Assembly (NCBI GenBank): GCA_963699525.1
Contig: CAVOUI010000007.1
Coordinates: forward strand, 183,665 to 247,664
Length of the DNA stretch: 64,000 nt
DNA from: an uncultured beta proteobacterium
Lineage (GTDB): Bacteria; Pseudomonadota; Gammaproteobacteria; Burkholderiales; SG8-41
Reading direction: 5' to 3'
The notes below the pieces were generated by a model, which was not told the origin of the DNA, searched no databases, and saw only the letters and a list, made by a program, of their open reading frames with translations. Position numbers and translations under genes: made by a program. Positions 8,566 to 18,357 of the stretch are shown piece by piece; the first letter of the stretch is position 1, and each line of letters opens with the position of its first letter.

Positions 8566-9762
8566 TTACGCGTAACTCCTCAGCTGCTGTGAGAATTCCA
8601 TCAGCTGCCGGATGCCGCTCGCCTCGGCCCGCCGGCACCAGTCCTGGAGCTGCCCGACCAGCTGCTCGCGCGTGGCCGTCGAGCGCCTCCACACCGCCGC
8701 CAGCTCGCTGCGCATGGCAACCATCGTGTGAAGCACGCGCGACTTCGGCAGCACCTCGGCGAGCTTCATGCGTTCCGGATCGCGCAGCATCTTGTCATCG
8801 CGGTCGAGCCAGGGCTCCAGGACTTCCAGCGCGTTCGCGTCCGCGGGCGAGGTCTTCCGCAGCTTGCCGATTTCCTCGGCGAGGGCGCGCCGGAGCGATT
8901 GCGCGTACTTCGCCAGGACGTCGTAACGGTTAGCGACCACCGCCTGCAGCGTTTGCGGATCGACCGCCGGCCGGGGCGCCGTGAAACGCGGGATCGGCGC
9001 AACGTGCTTGACCCTGGCCAGGCCCATCGCTTCGAGAATCCGGATGTAGAGCCATCCGATGTCGAACTCATACCACTTGTACGAGAGCTTGGCGGACGTC
9101 GGGAAGGCGTGATGATTGTTGTGCAGCTCCTCGCCGCCGATGAGGACGCCCCACGGCACGATGTTGGTGCTGGCATCCGGCGAGGACCAGTGGCGATACC
9201 CCCAGTAGTGGCCGATGCCGTTGATCACGCCGGCCGCCCAGAACGGGATCCAGACGATCTGCGTAATGAGGATGAGCGCGCCGGGCACGATCCCGAACAG
9301 GATCACGTCGGCCGCGCCCGTCAGGATTATCCCCAGCGCGCTGAACTTCGAGTAGACGTGACGCTCGAGCCAGTCATCCGGCGTGCCGTGGCCATAACGC
9401 TCGATGGTCTCGGGCTTGTAGGCCTCCTTGACGTACAAGAACACACCGCCCCACAGCACGCGGTTGAGGCCCAGCACCTGCGGGCTGTGCGGGTCCTCGG
9501 GGGTCTCGACCTTGGCGTGGTGCTTGCGGTGCACGGCCGCCCATTCACGGGTCACCATGCCGGTCGTCAGCCACAGCCAGAGCCGGAAGAAGTGACTCAC
9601 GGCCGGGTGCAGATCGAGCGCGTGGTGGGCCTGGTGCCGGTGCAGGAATATCGTGACCGAAGCAATGGTGACGTGCGTCAGCGCCAGGACCACGATCACG
9701 TGGCCCCACCACGGAAGGTCAAACACGCCGGAAAAAAGCGTCAATTCCACGTTGCCCTCCAT
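8566..9762 (-). CDS. acyl-CoA/phospholipid delta-9 fatty acid desaturase family protein
   Basis: 398 aa. Membrane desaturase histidine boxes HRHQAHH, HRKHH and HNNHH. The real start may be GTG 9750, which has a GGAGGG Shine-Dalgarno. Confidence 0.85.
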   Translation of the reverse strand: MEGNVELTLFSGVFDLPWWGHVIVVLALTHVTIASVTIFLHRHQAHHALDLHPAVSHFFRLWLWLTTGMVTREWAAVHRKHHAKVETPEDPHSPQVLGLNRVLWGGVFLYVKEAYKPETIERYGHGTPDDWLERHVYSKFSALGIILTGAADVILFGIVPGALILITQIVWIPFWAAGVINGIGHYWGYRHWSSPDASTNIVPWGVLIGGEELHNNHHAFPTSAKLSYKWYEFDIGWLYIRILEAMGLARVKHVAPIPRFTAPRPAVDPQTLQAVVANRYDVLAKYAQSLRRALAEEIGKLRKTSPADANALEVLEPWLDRDDKMLRDPERMKLAEVLPKSRVLHTMVAMRSELAAVWRRSTATREQLVGQLQDWCRRAEASGIRQLMEFSQQLRSYA

Positions 9763-9830
9763 CTTCGAAGTCGTGCGCCACTGTAGCGGTGCACTAGAAT
9801 TCAGATTAAACGTATGCGCGGACGGACGGC

Positions 9831-10970
9831 TTGATCCAGGTCAAATCCACTTTCGACGAGCCCGCGCCAGGACCGAGCACGCCACTGCTGGTGGGAATCA
9901 CGGGACTGATACTCCTTGGCGCGCCGCTTGCCGGCGTCTGGCTCGCCGGGCAGCCGCTCGCTGAGTACCTGGAGCTGCCGCCGCGGCCTTCACTCCGCAC
10001 AGCGGCCGGGTTTTCGTGGGGCATCTTCTGGCTGATGGCGGCGCTAATTGCGGCGGCCGTCGCGCCGTTTGTCTGGCGGTTCCTAAATGTGCCCGCCCCG
10101 GCGCCCGGTCAAGCAGACGGGCGGAAGGATTTTCCACAGTGGGGCTGGGCTGCCCTCTTCTGGCTCGCCGCCTGGTGGACGCTCGCGTGGACGCGGTTCC
10201 CGTGGTTCGAGTCTATCCAGCAACACACGTTCACCCCGCTCTGGCTTGGCACCATCGGCATCATGAACGCGCTGACGATGCGGTGCGCCGGGACCTGCCT
10301 GATGGTCAGGGAGCCGGGGCGCTTTGCCGCGCTCTTTCCCCTGAGCGCGCTGTTCTGGTGGTTCTTCGAATACCTGAACCGCTTCGTCGCCAACTGGCGC
10401 TACACCGGCATCGGGGATTTCGGCGCTCTCGAGTACACGCTCTTCGCGACGCTCGCCTTCTCCACCGTGCTGCCGGCGGTGGCGAGCACCGCGGAGTGGC
10501 TCGGCACCTTTCCCAAGCTCGACGCGGCGTTTGCGCGATGGTGTCCATTGCGTGTTCCGGTCCCGAAGCTCGCGGCTGCCATGGTGCTCGGCCTCACCAC
10601 CGTGTCGCTTGCCGCACTCGGTGTCTTCCGCGAGACCGTCTATCCGCTGGTGTGGATTTCGCCGGCGCTCGTCATCATCTGCCTGCAGGCGCTCGGCAAC
10701 CGGACGACCGTGCTCGCGCCGCTGGCGACCGGCGACTGGCGCGGGGTCGCCAGCTGGTCATCGGCCGCGCTTCTCTGCGGCTTCTTCTGGGAGATGTGGA
10801 ATTACGGCAGCCTCGCGCGCTGGGAGTACAGCATCCCACACGTGGACCGGTTCAGGATCTTCGAGATGCCGCTGCTCGGGTATGCGGGCTACCTGCCCTT
10901 CGGCATCGAGTGCGCAGCGATCGCCGCACTGGTGGGATTGAACAATATGCGCGCCGCTCAGCGGCGTTGA
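9831..10970 (+). CDS. Trp-rich polytopic membrane protein (about 10 TM), function unknown
   Basis: 379 aa. TTG start is uncertain (alternative GTG near 9888). Repeated motif FWWFFEYLNRFVANWRY / FFWEMWNYGSLARWEY. Divergent from the desaturase gene. Confidence 0.6.
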   Translation: MIQVKSTFDEPAPGPSTPLLVGITGLILLGAPLAGVWLAGQPLAEYLELPPRPSLRTAAGFSWGIFWLMAALIAAAVAPFVWRFLNVPAPAPGQADGRKDFPQWGWAALFWLAAWWTLAWTRFPWFESIQQHTFTPLWLGTIGIMNALTMRCAGTCLMVREPGRFAALFPLSALFWWFFEYLNRFVANWRYTGIGDFGALEYTLFATLAFSTVLPAVASTAEWLGTFPKLDAAFARWCPLRVPVPKLAAAMVLGLTTVSLAALGVFRETVYPLVWISPALVIICLQALGNRTTVLAPLATGDWRGVASWSSAALLCGFFWEMWNYGSLARWEYSIPHVDRFRIFEMPLLGYAGYLPFGIECAAIAALVGLNNMRAAQRR

Positions 10971-11317
10971 AGCTCGATCGGCTTGCCGTGCGGTGTCGCC
11001 CGCGCAGCAGCGTCCCACTCCTCCACGCGCTGTGCCAACTCGGGCCCGGCAATGACGTTCTTGCGCGCGACCAGCGCTTCGAGCGCGGCGAGCCAGTGCT
11101 CGTAGTAGCGGCTGCCGTCGTCCGGCTCGCCGCGCGCGGCGGCCGCGGCGAGCTCAGCCGCCAGGGCCGCGGCCCACTCGCGCCACGTGAAGACGCCGCG
11201 CGCGTGCAGCGAAAGTGTCATCGCGAAGGCCTGCGCCTCCCACGGCGCCTTGAAGACCGGACCCGCGTCATCGTGCGGCAGCGCGGGAAGGGCGTCGAGA
11301 TCCGTTTCAGGCCGCAT
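10958..11317 (-). CDS. nitrile hydratase accessory (activator) protein
   Basis: ORF trimmed to ATG 11317. PVFKAPWEAQAFAMTLSLHARGVFTWREW resembles the NHase beta N-terminus, as in NhlE/P14K-type activators. Overlaps the nthB stop. Confidence 0.8.
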   Translation of the reverse strand: MRPETDLDALPALPHDDAGPVFKAPWEAQAFAMTLSLHARGVFTWREWAAALAAELAAAAARGEPDDGSRYYEHWLAALEALVARKNVIAGPELAQRVEEWDAAARATPHGKPIELQRR

Positions 11318-11963
11318 CAAGATAGTCGTCCCAGAGGTTGAGGTACACGCCGTCACGCGGTGAGGCCGAAGGGCCCCACAGCTCGCGCGCGGCAAACCGC
11401 ACGATGTAGAGGTGCTGCGGCTTCTTGTCGCGGCTCATCGCGTGCGTGTCGGGGAAGACGAACACGCCGAGATCGCGGTCGATCGTGCCGTGCCGCGCCC
11501 GCGCGTAGCGCGGCAGCCGCGTGTGGCCGACGGGATGGATGTTGCGCGTGAGGACGCGGTCGCCGGGCTTGAATTTTGGCGGAACGTCGGCGTCAACACG
11601 GGCGCGCACACGGTGGCGCAGGTAGTTCGCCACGTCCTCGGTGCGGAGCGTGCGCACACCGTCCACCTTTGAATCAGCGCGTCCGGTTTCCAGCTCCCTT
11701 GCGCCTACCAGCCCTTCCTCGACCAGCAGCGTGCGCAGGCCGAAGAGCCAGCGCTCGTAGTAAGTCGCGGCGAGGTACTGGGCGGGCGGCATCCGCTCGC
11801 GCGAGTGGCGGCCCATGTCGATGTTCCACTTGCGGAGAAACGCGGTGGCAACCATCAGCGCGAACACGCGCGATTCCCACTCCGCGTGGAAGACGGGCTC
11901 GTTCTTCTCGATCTCGACCGGGCCCATGCCGTGCATGCCGCCCATGTCGTGCACGCCGTTCAT
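11307..11963 (-). CDS. nthB: nitrile hydratase subunit beta
   Basis: ATG at 11963 gives [36 protein letters not shown]..., the canonical NHase beta N-terminus. 4-nt overlap with nthA. Confidence 0.9.
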   Translation of the reverse strand: MNGVHDMGGMHGMGPVEIEKNEPVFHAEWESRVFALMVATAFLRKWNIDMGRHSRERMPPAQYLAATYYERWLFGLRTLLVEEGLVGARELETGRADSKVDGVRTLRTEDVANYLRHRVRARVDADVPPKFKPGDRVLTRNIHPVGHTRLPRYARARHGTIDRDLGVFVFPDTHAMSRDKKPQHLYIVRFAARELWGPSASPRDGVYLNLWDDYLDAA

Positions 11964-12601
11964 CGCCCGCTCCCCGCCGGCACCGTCACCGGCGCAACGC
12001 CAATCATCGAATCGCGCGTGACGATCGCCGCGAGCTCGTCCTCGCTCCAGCCCTTGGTCCCCGCCGGGCGCTCCGGCAGCACCAGGTAGCGCAGCTCCGC
12101 CGTCGAATCCCACACCCGGACCTCGACGTCGTCCGGAACCGCGCTGCCCAGCTCCTTCAGCACGCCGCGCGGATCGATGACCGCGCGCGAGCGGTAAGGC
12201 GCGGACTTGTACCACACGGGCGGAAGCCCGAGCACGGACCACGGATAGCAGGAACAGAGCGTGCAGACCACCATGTTCCGGACCTTGGGCGTGTTCTCGA
12301 GCACGACGATGTCCTCGCCGCGGCCGACGTAGCCCAACTCGGCAATGGCGGCGCCGCCGTCCGCAAGCAGGCGCTTCTTGTATTCTGGATCGACCCAGGC
12401 GCGCGCGACGATGCGGGCACCGTTGCGCGGTCCCACCTTCGTTTCGTAGGTGTCGATCAGCTCGTCGAGCGCCTTCGGGTCCACGAGGCCCTTTTCGACG
12501 AGCAGGGATTCCAGGGCCTTCACGCGCAGCGCCGGACCGGAGAGCGGGCGCTCGTGCTCGGCGGCGTGCCCGTCGTCGTGGTGATGATCGTGACCGCTCA
12601 T
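11960..12601 (-). CDS. nthA: nitrile hydratase subunit alpha, cobalt type
   Basis: 213 aa. The metal site [10 protein letters not shown] carries the Thr/Tyr signature of Co-type enzymes (Fe-type is CSLCSCT). His-rich N-terminus [12 protein letters not shown]. Confidence 0.92.
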   Translation of the reverse strand: MSGHDHHHDDGHAAEHERPLSGPALRVKALESLLVEKGLVDPKALDELIDTYETKVGPRNGARIVARAWVDPEYKKRLLADGGAAIAELGYVGRGEDIVVLENTPKVRNMVVCTLCSCYPWSVLGLPPVWYKSAPYRSRAVIDPRGVLKELGSAVPDDVEVRVWDSTAELRYLVLPERPAGTKGWSEDELAAIVTRDSMIGVAPVTVPAGSGR

Positions 12602-12617
12602 GTTCTCGTTCTTCCGC

Positions 12618-12953
12618 TCAGACGAGCGGGACGAAGTCGTACTCCCCTATTCCCTGCAGCACGAGGAACGTGGCCGAAGTGTTCCCGCCGTTCGTGACCA
12701 GGTGCGGGCGGCGCGGCTTCACCGAGTAGGTGTCGCCGGGGCCGAGGCGCACTTCCTCCTTGGGCTCGCGCAGGAACAGCCGGATATTGCCGTTGAGCAC
12801 GTAAAACGTGTCCTGGACGCTGTTGTGATAGTGCCAGGGCACCTTCTGGGTCTTCGAGATCTGGATCTCCTGGATGCGGAAACCGGGGCGCGCCGCGTGC
12901 TGATCGCGCCGCTCGACCTCGTAGAGATGCGTCCCGTCCTTGACGGCTTCCAT
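12618..12953 (-). CDS. cupin domain protein
   Basis: ORF 12618..12968 trimmed to ATG 12953 (AGGAG 7 nt upstream). Cupin motifs: [16 protein letters not shown] and [13 protein letters not shown]. Confidence 0.8.
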   Translation of the reverse strand: MEAVKDGTHLYEVERRDQHAARPGFRIQEIQISKTQKVPWHYHNSVQDTFYVLNGNIRLFLREPKEEVRLGPGDTYSVKPRRPHLVTNGGNTSATFLVLQGIGEYDFVPLV

Positions 12954-12964
12954 AAGAATCTCCT

Positions 12965-13963
12965 TCAAGCGACCTTGACCGGCTGACCGGTCTTCGCGGA
13001 TTTCACGATCGCCTCGAACACCGCCACCCCGTGGATGATCTGGTCGTGGGTGACCGGGTACGGCGCCTTCCCCTGTACCGCTGCCGCGAACGCCTCCATC
13101 ACCGCTTTCACCGGATTGAAGCCCTTATGCTCGATGACTTCCGGCTTGGCAGTCGCGTGGGGCCCGCCCTGGGCCACCGGCATGAAGCGGAACGTGTCCA
13201 GGCCGGGCCGGGCGGTCTCGGCGATGCCGTTCTTGCCGAAGACCGCGATGCAGTAGCTTGCCGCGCTTGCCAGCGTGCAGTAGTTCGTGGAGATGATCCC
13301 GTTCTTGTGCTTCATCGTGAAGACCGTCGTGTCGTCCACGAGCGGCGCGGCACGGCGGGTGCTGATGCAGTACACCTCCGATACCTCGCCGCACAGGTCG
13401 ATGAAACAGTCCACGAGGTGCACCCCGAGCCCGGTCATCGCGCCGGCCGGGGTCTCCTCCGGGTTCACGCGCCAGGACTCCTTTGCCAGAGCGAGTCCGC
13501 TCGGGGTGGACACTTCGCCGACGCAGAACGAGATGGGGCCGAGGCTGCCGTCGCGGACGCGCTTGCGAATCTCGCCCACCGACGGATGAAACCGGCGCTG
13601 GAAGTCCACAGCCAGCACGACGCCCGCCTTCTTCACCGCCTCGACCGCGGACCGTGCGCTCGCCGCGGTGAGCGTGAAGGGCTTTTCCATGCAGATGTGC
13701 TTGCCCGCCTGCGCCGCGCGCTTCACGTGCTCCTCGTGCAGGCTGTGCGGCGTGGTGTAGACGACGGCCTCGATGCTGCGATCGTTGAGGATCGCGTCGA
13801 GGCTGTCGCGCAGCTCGATTTTCTTGTCGCGGCAGAAATCCTCCGCCTTGGCGCGGGTGCGCGTATTGGCGGCGACGAAGCTGATCTGGTCGCTCTTGCC
13901 CTGCACGGCCTCGACGATCGTCTTTCCCCACCAGCCCAGCCCTACGATTGCAGCTCGAATCAT
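12965..13963 (-). CDS. Gfo/Idh/MocA family oxidoreductase
   Basis: 332 aa. N-terminal Rossmann motif IRAAIVGLGWWGK. Typical EKP motif (ICMEKPFTL). Confidence 0.88.
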   Translation of the reverse strand: MIRAAIVGLGWWGKTIVEAVQGKSDQISFVAANTRTRAKAEDFCRDKKIELRDSLDAILNDRSIEAVVYTTPHSLHEEHVKRAAQAGKHICMEKPFTLTAASARSAVEAVKKAGVVLAVDFQRRFHPSVGEIRKRVRDGSLGPISFCVGEVSTPSGLALAKESWRVNPEETPAGAMTGLGVHLVDCFIDLCGEVSEVYCISTRRAAPLVDDTTVFTMKHKNGIISTNYCTLASAASYCIAVFGKNGIAETARPGLDTFRFMPVAQGGPHATAKPEVIEHKGFNPVKAVMEAFAAAVQGKAPYPVTHDQIIHGVAVFEAIVKSAKTGQPVKVA

Positions 13964-14517
13964 GGTTTCTCCTTGTCAATTGTGTCGCCGTCTGCCGGCG
14001 CGGGAACCTCGAAGGCATTGGCGATCCCCGACACGAGCCCGAAGTACCCGATCGTCGCGGTCAGCTCGACCAGCCATTGCGCGCCGTAGCGGTTCCTGAG
14101 CGCGTCGAAGGCGGCCTGTTCGACGCGGTTGCTGCGCAGGAGCTGCCGCACGTAGGTCACGATCTCCCGTTCCTGCGCAGGAAGCTTCGCCGCGTCGCCC
14201 TTCGCCCGGAGGAGGTCGATCACCTCCTCGCGCACGCCGTTCTTGCGGGCCATGCCGACCTGGGCCGCCCACACGTAAGCGGATTCGCGCTCGCGCACTG
14301 CGGCCAGTATGCCGACGGAGCGCAGCTTCCCTTCGATAATGCTCTCATTCCAGAAGAACGGGGTCAGCGGCACCAATCGGGCTGCCAGCTTCGGGCTGTG
14401 GAGGAGCATCGTCCACGGCCCGCGAATATTGCCGTACACCTTCAGCACCGCGTCGGCGGCGGGCTGGTGCTCCGCGGGAAGGTCGTCCTTCGATGTGATC
14501 GGTTGGATGCGCGGCAC
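13960..14517 (-). CDS. carboxymuconolactone decarboxylase (CMD/AhpD-like) family protein
   Basis: 185 aa with a GTG start. All-helical CMD-like pattern. ATGA overlap with the downstream oxidoreductase gene. Confidence 0.7.
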   Translation of the reverse strand: MPRIQPITSKDDLPAEHQPAADAVLKVYGNIRGPWTMLLHSPKLAARLVPLTPFFWNESIIEGKLRSVGILAAVRERESAYVWAAQVGMARKNGVREEVIDLLRAKGDAAKLPAQEREIVTYVRQLLRSNRVEQAAFDALRNRYGAQWLVELTATIGYFGLVSGIANAFEVPAPADGDTIDKEKP

Positions 14518-14532
14518 GCTGAAACCCCGCAG

Positions 14533-15503
14533 CTACTCGGGCTTGATCTTCGCCTGCTGCACCACCTTCGTCCACTGCTGGATTTCGCTCTTGACCAGGT
14601 TGTCCAGCGCCTCCGGCGCGCCGCCGACGAGGCTAATGCCCGACTTGGTCGCAGCCTCGCGGTTCTCCGGGAGCGCGGGGATCTTGTTGGCCTCGCCGTT
14701 GAACTTTGCGATCACGGCTGGCGGCGTCTTCGCGGGCACCATGACGCCCGTCCAGGCCTCCACGATCAGGTCGGGATAGCCCGATTCGACGATCGTCGGC
14801 ACGTCCGGAAGCACCTGCGTGCGCTTCGGGCTCAGCACGGCGAGCATGCGCAGCCGGCCGTTCTGCACCAGCGGCGCGGCGGTCTGGAACACCATCAGGC
14901 TCGCGCCCACGTGACCGGCGACGAGGTCGTTCGTGACACCGGCGTACCCTTGTAGGGGACGTGGACCATTTTGGTGTCGGTCTCGTGCTGGAACCGTTCC
15001 ATCGTCAGGTGGAACACGCTGCCCACGCCCGATGTGGCGTAGTTGAGGTCGCCCGGCCGCTTCTTCACCAGCGCAACGAACTCCTTCATGGTCTTGGCCG
15101 GAAAGTAGGGATTGACGACCAGGCTCAACGGGCTCGTCCCCAGCAGGATCACCGGCGCGAAGCTCCGGTTGGGGTCGTAGGGCAGCTTCGTGTTCATCGC
15201 CGCGAGCGTTCCGAACGCGGTCGAGGTGAAGAGATACGTATAGCCATCGGGCGCGGCCCTCGCCACGGAATCGATGCCGATGATGCCGGCGGCGCCCGGC
15301 CGGTTTTCCACGACGACCGAAGCGCCCCAGCGCTGCGCGATGTGCGTTTGCAGGATGCGCGACAGCGTGTCGGCAGCCGTGCCGGGCGTAAACGGCACGA
15401 CGAACAGGATCGGCTTTGCGGGGTACTCCTGTGCGTGGGGCAGCATCGGCAGCGCGGCAGCAAGCAGAAGCGCCGCACCGGCGGCAAGTTGACGCAGCTT
15501 CAT
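14533..15503 (-). pseudogene. Bug/TctC family substrate-binding protein, one frameshift
   Basis: The N-terminal frame (14895..15503) reads MKLRQLAAGAALLLAAALPMLPHAQEYPAKPILFVVPF...VHVPYKG. The C-terminal frame (14533..) reads YAGVTNDLVAGHVGASLMVF...QQAKIKPE. The junction is at the CCC run 14947-14949, which looks one G short on the coding strand. Confidence 0.85.
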
Positions 15504-15554
15504 GTTGACCTCCCTTCTTCGATTCGTGGCTCGCGACCGGGCCCGGCGCGAGGC

Positions 15555-16836
15555 TCAAACGGCAATATGCGGCTCACCCTTGCGGTATTTCACCGCGTCC
15601 AGCGCGTGCTTCTTGAAATCGGCGTTGACCGGCAGGACGAACGATGCCGACCGGATGAGCTGGTCCTGCGGCTCGAGGCCCGGCGCACGCCCCCCGCTCT
15701 GTACTTCTTTCGCGGCCTTGATCAGCCGCGCGCGCGCCATGATGATCGCGTTGTCGGTTGAGACGAGGTTCTCCACTGTCCGGTCCGCGATGATCCCGAT
15801 GCTCTCCTGCACCGACGCATCCTGCATCGCGAGCCCCTTCACGCCGTTGTAGTGCCGGCCACTCTTCTGCTTGGCGCGGTCGATGAGGTAGTCGTTCTCG
15901 CGGTTCGCCACGGGGCGAAAGGTGCCGGGTATCAACGTGGCGTGAACGCCGTGGCCGTCCTTCATCAGCTCGACGTCCTTCTCGGGTATGGGAGCGGTGG
16001 GATGAAACGTCATCGTCCATGCCACGCAGCTTTCGTCGTCCATGGGCACCCACGCGTGGCCGTTCAGCGCGTTGTTCGCGTACGGCGGGATCAGCGTGTA
16101 CCAGGGCATCGTGAACTGCGTGATTCGCCAGTAATACTTGCCGGGCTCCGCGTCGCGCCGCGCTCCGATGATCATTCCGCCCGAGGATTCGAGGATCTCG
16201 AAGGTGGTCTTCGTGGACTTCACCATGCGCGACCCGCCCGTATTCTTGTGGAACGGGTCGGTGGCCATGTCGCCGCGGTGCAGGAACGAGACGTGGCTCG
16301 AGTCGATCCCGCCTTCGAGCGCCTGCAGGTAGTTGCTCTCCTGCCAGCGCTTTGTGATGACGCGGTGGGATGGCGGCAGGCTCACCCACTCGAAGCTCGG
16401 CAGCGGCGGCTTTTCCGCCGGCGGCCCCATATAGGCCCAGATGACCCCACCCAGCTCGGCGCAGGGATAGGACTTCAGCTTGATGCGGCTGCACATGCCG
16501 CTCTCTTCCGCTTCGGAGGGCAGGTCCACGCACTGGCCGCTGACGTCGTACTTCCAGCCGTGGTAGGCACAGCGCAGCCCGCTTTCCTCGTTGCGGCCGA
16601 ACCAGAGCGAGACGCCGCGGTGGGCGCAGAATTCGTCGATCAGGCCGAGGCGCCCCTCGCGTGTCCCGGAACGCGATCAGCTTCTCCCCCAGCAGCTTCA
16701 CGCGCACGGGCGGGCAGTCCCGCTCGGGAAGCTCCCAGTCGTGCAGCGCCGGTATCCAGTAGCGCCGGAACAGCTCGCCCATCGGCGTGCCGGGCCCGGT
16801 GCGGGTCAGGAAAACGTTCATTTCTTCGCTGATCAT
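15555..16836 (-). pseudogene. Rieske [2Fe-2S] aromatic-ring-hydroxylating oxygenase alpha subunit, one frameshift
   Basis: The N-terminal frame ends at ...LIAFRDTRG. The next frame gives RLGLIDEFCAHRGVSLWFGRNEESGLRCAYHGWKYD (CxH...CxxH Rieske site) and a long catalytic domain. The junction is at the CCCC run 16653-16656. Confidence 0.85.
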
Positions 16837-16850
16837 GGCCGTTCACCTTC

Positions 16851-18338
16851 CTATCGCTCGCGCACCCGCGCGCTGTCGATATCCACTTTGCTGAATGCGA
16901 GGAGCCGGGTCAACTCGCGCGTGGACCGGACCTTGTCCAAAGACCACAGCAGCGACGTCAGTTTCGCCGCGCGCTGCGCGCCCGCCACCGGCTCGACGCA
17001 CTCGCGCATCTTCGCATCGAGATCGGCATCCGTAAACGGATTCTTGTGGTGCCCCGGGAACGGCCGCGCGTCGCCGTGCACGACCGTGCCGTCGTCGAGC
17101 TCGATCTCGATGCGCGAGAGATACCCCATCTCCACGCGCTTGTGCTTGCCCATCGCGTGCGAGCCCAGCTCCAGCGCCGGCGTACAGGTGACCTTCTGGA
17201 TGAATGCCTGCCGCTTCGGGTCGAGGACCGCCTTGGGGCTGAAGCTTCCCACTGTGATGGCACCGTCCTGCACCGCCGCGGCGACGATGTACGGCAGCGA
17301 ATGATCGGCGGTCTCGCGCGAGATGGGATGCCACGGGTCCTGGCGGATCTTCACGAGGTGGTCGTAGGCGCCCTCCTCCGCGAACACCCGGATCTGCCGG
17401 ATCCGGGACAGGTCCTTCACCCGGGACCGGGCCTGCAGCGCGGCCTGTATCGCGCTTTGCGCCACGGACCCGACCGGCCAGCGCTTCATGAACGCCTCGT
17501 TCACGCGGGTGAGCGGCCGGCGCGGATCGAGCCGCTCGCGCAGGACCGGGACGGGGTCGTCCTTCATGTTCATCTTCTGTATGAATCCGCACTTCCCGAC
17601 GAAGGGCCGCACCGCCGCCTCGGCGCCCACCTGCGCGAGCAGGCAAGCCTGGAGCGAATTGCGGACGGCGTCCGCCCCGTTGAAGCGCTTCCACATGGAA
17701 AGGTCGCCGCGCCGGTTGAGCTCCCCCGACTCGATCTCGTCGCTCGCGAAATGCGGAACCACGGTCATGCCCATCGCTTCGCGGGTCTGGTCGGCGTCGA
17801 GCTTCAGCAGCCGCGCGATGGCCGCGGTCGCGCCGAGCTGCATGAGATTCGTGTAGTCCCAGCCGCCCGGGGCCGTTGAGAACGCGTCGAACGCGGCGCC
17901 GACCATCTCGTATCCGACCGCGAGCGCGGACAGGAGACTCTTTCCCGGCGCGTCGGTCCACTCGGCGGCCGCAATCACGCCGGAAACCATGTCGCTCGTG
18001 TGGCCGCTGTTGCGTAGCCCCACGAAGAAGTCGTTGTAGTCATGGCATCGCAGCAGGACGCCGTTCGTCAATGCAGCGAGCTCGGGCAACGCCTTCTTTT
18101 GCGTGCCCCAGATCACGCATCCGGCGCTGCTGTACGGAAAGCGATAGGCGTGCTTGCGTGCGTTCTGGGCGGCGGGATGCCGCAGCGCGGCGACCGCGAC
18201 CGCGATCGAATCGATCAGGGCGGCCTTCGCGGCACGCTCGGCGCGTGCGTCGAGCTTGCCGGAGACCGACACCACGTAATGTGCGATCAGCTCGCCGACC
18301 TCGTCGCGATACTTCAGATTGCTCGGGCTGGCTGTCAC
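16851..18338 (-). CDS. MmgE/PrpD family protein
   Basis: 495 aa. GTG start with an AGGAGA Shine-Dalgarno. The pattern AKAALIDSIAVAV...LLRCHDYND...HTSD is typical of the 2-methylcitrate dehydratase superfamily. Confidence 0.85.
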   Translation of the reverse strand: MTASPSNLKYRDEVGELIAHYVVSVSGKLDARAERAAKAALIDSIAVAVAALRHPAAQNARKHAYRFPYSSAGCVIWGTQKKALPELAALTNGVLLRCHDYNDFFVGLRNSGHTSDMVSGVIAAAEWTDAPGKSLLSALAVGYEMVGAAFDAFSTAPGGWDYTNLMQLGATAAIARLLKLDADQTREAMGMTVVPHFASDEIESGELNRRGDLSMWKRFNGADAVRNSLQACLLAQVGAEAAVRPFVGKCGFIQKMNMKDDPVPVLRERLDPRRPLTRVNEAFMKRWPVGSVAQSAIQAALQARSRVKDLSRIRQIRVFAEEGAYDHLVKIRQDPWHPISRETADHSLPYIVAAAVQDGAITVGSFSPKAVLDPKRQAFIQKVTCTPALELGSHAMGKHKRVEMGYLSRIEIELDDGTVVHGDARPFPGHHKNPFTDADLDAKMRECVEPVAGAQRAAKLTSLLWSLDKVRSTRELTRLLAFSKVDIDSARVRER

Positions 18339-18357
18339 GCCGTTCTTCTCCTGATTC

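Noticed and set aside
11960-12601. The nitrile-hydratase alpha-like sequence as an NHLP-type RiPP precursor.
   Set aside because: The protein is full length with an intact CTLCSC metal site. It is followed by a bona fide beta subunit and activator. No short core peptide, cyclodehydratase, radical-SAM enzyme or peptidase-transporter is nearby.
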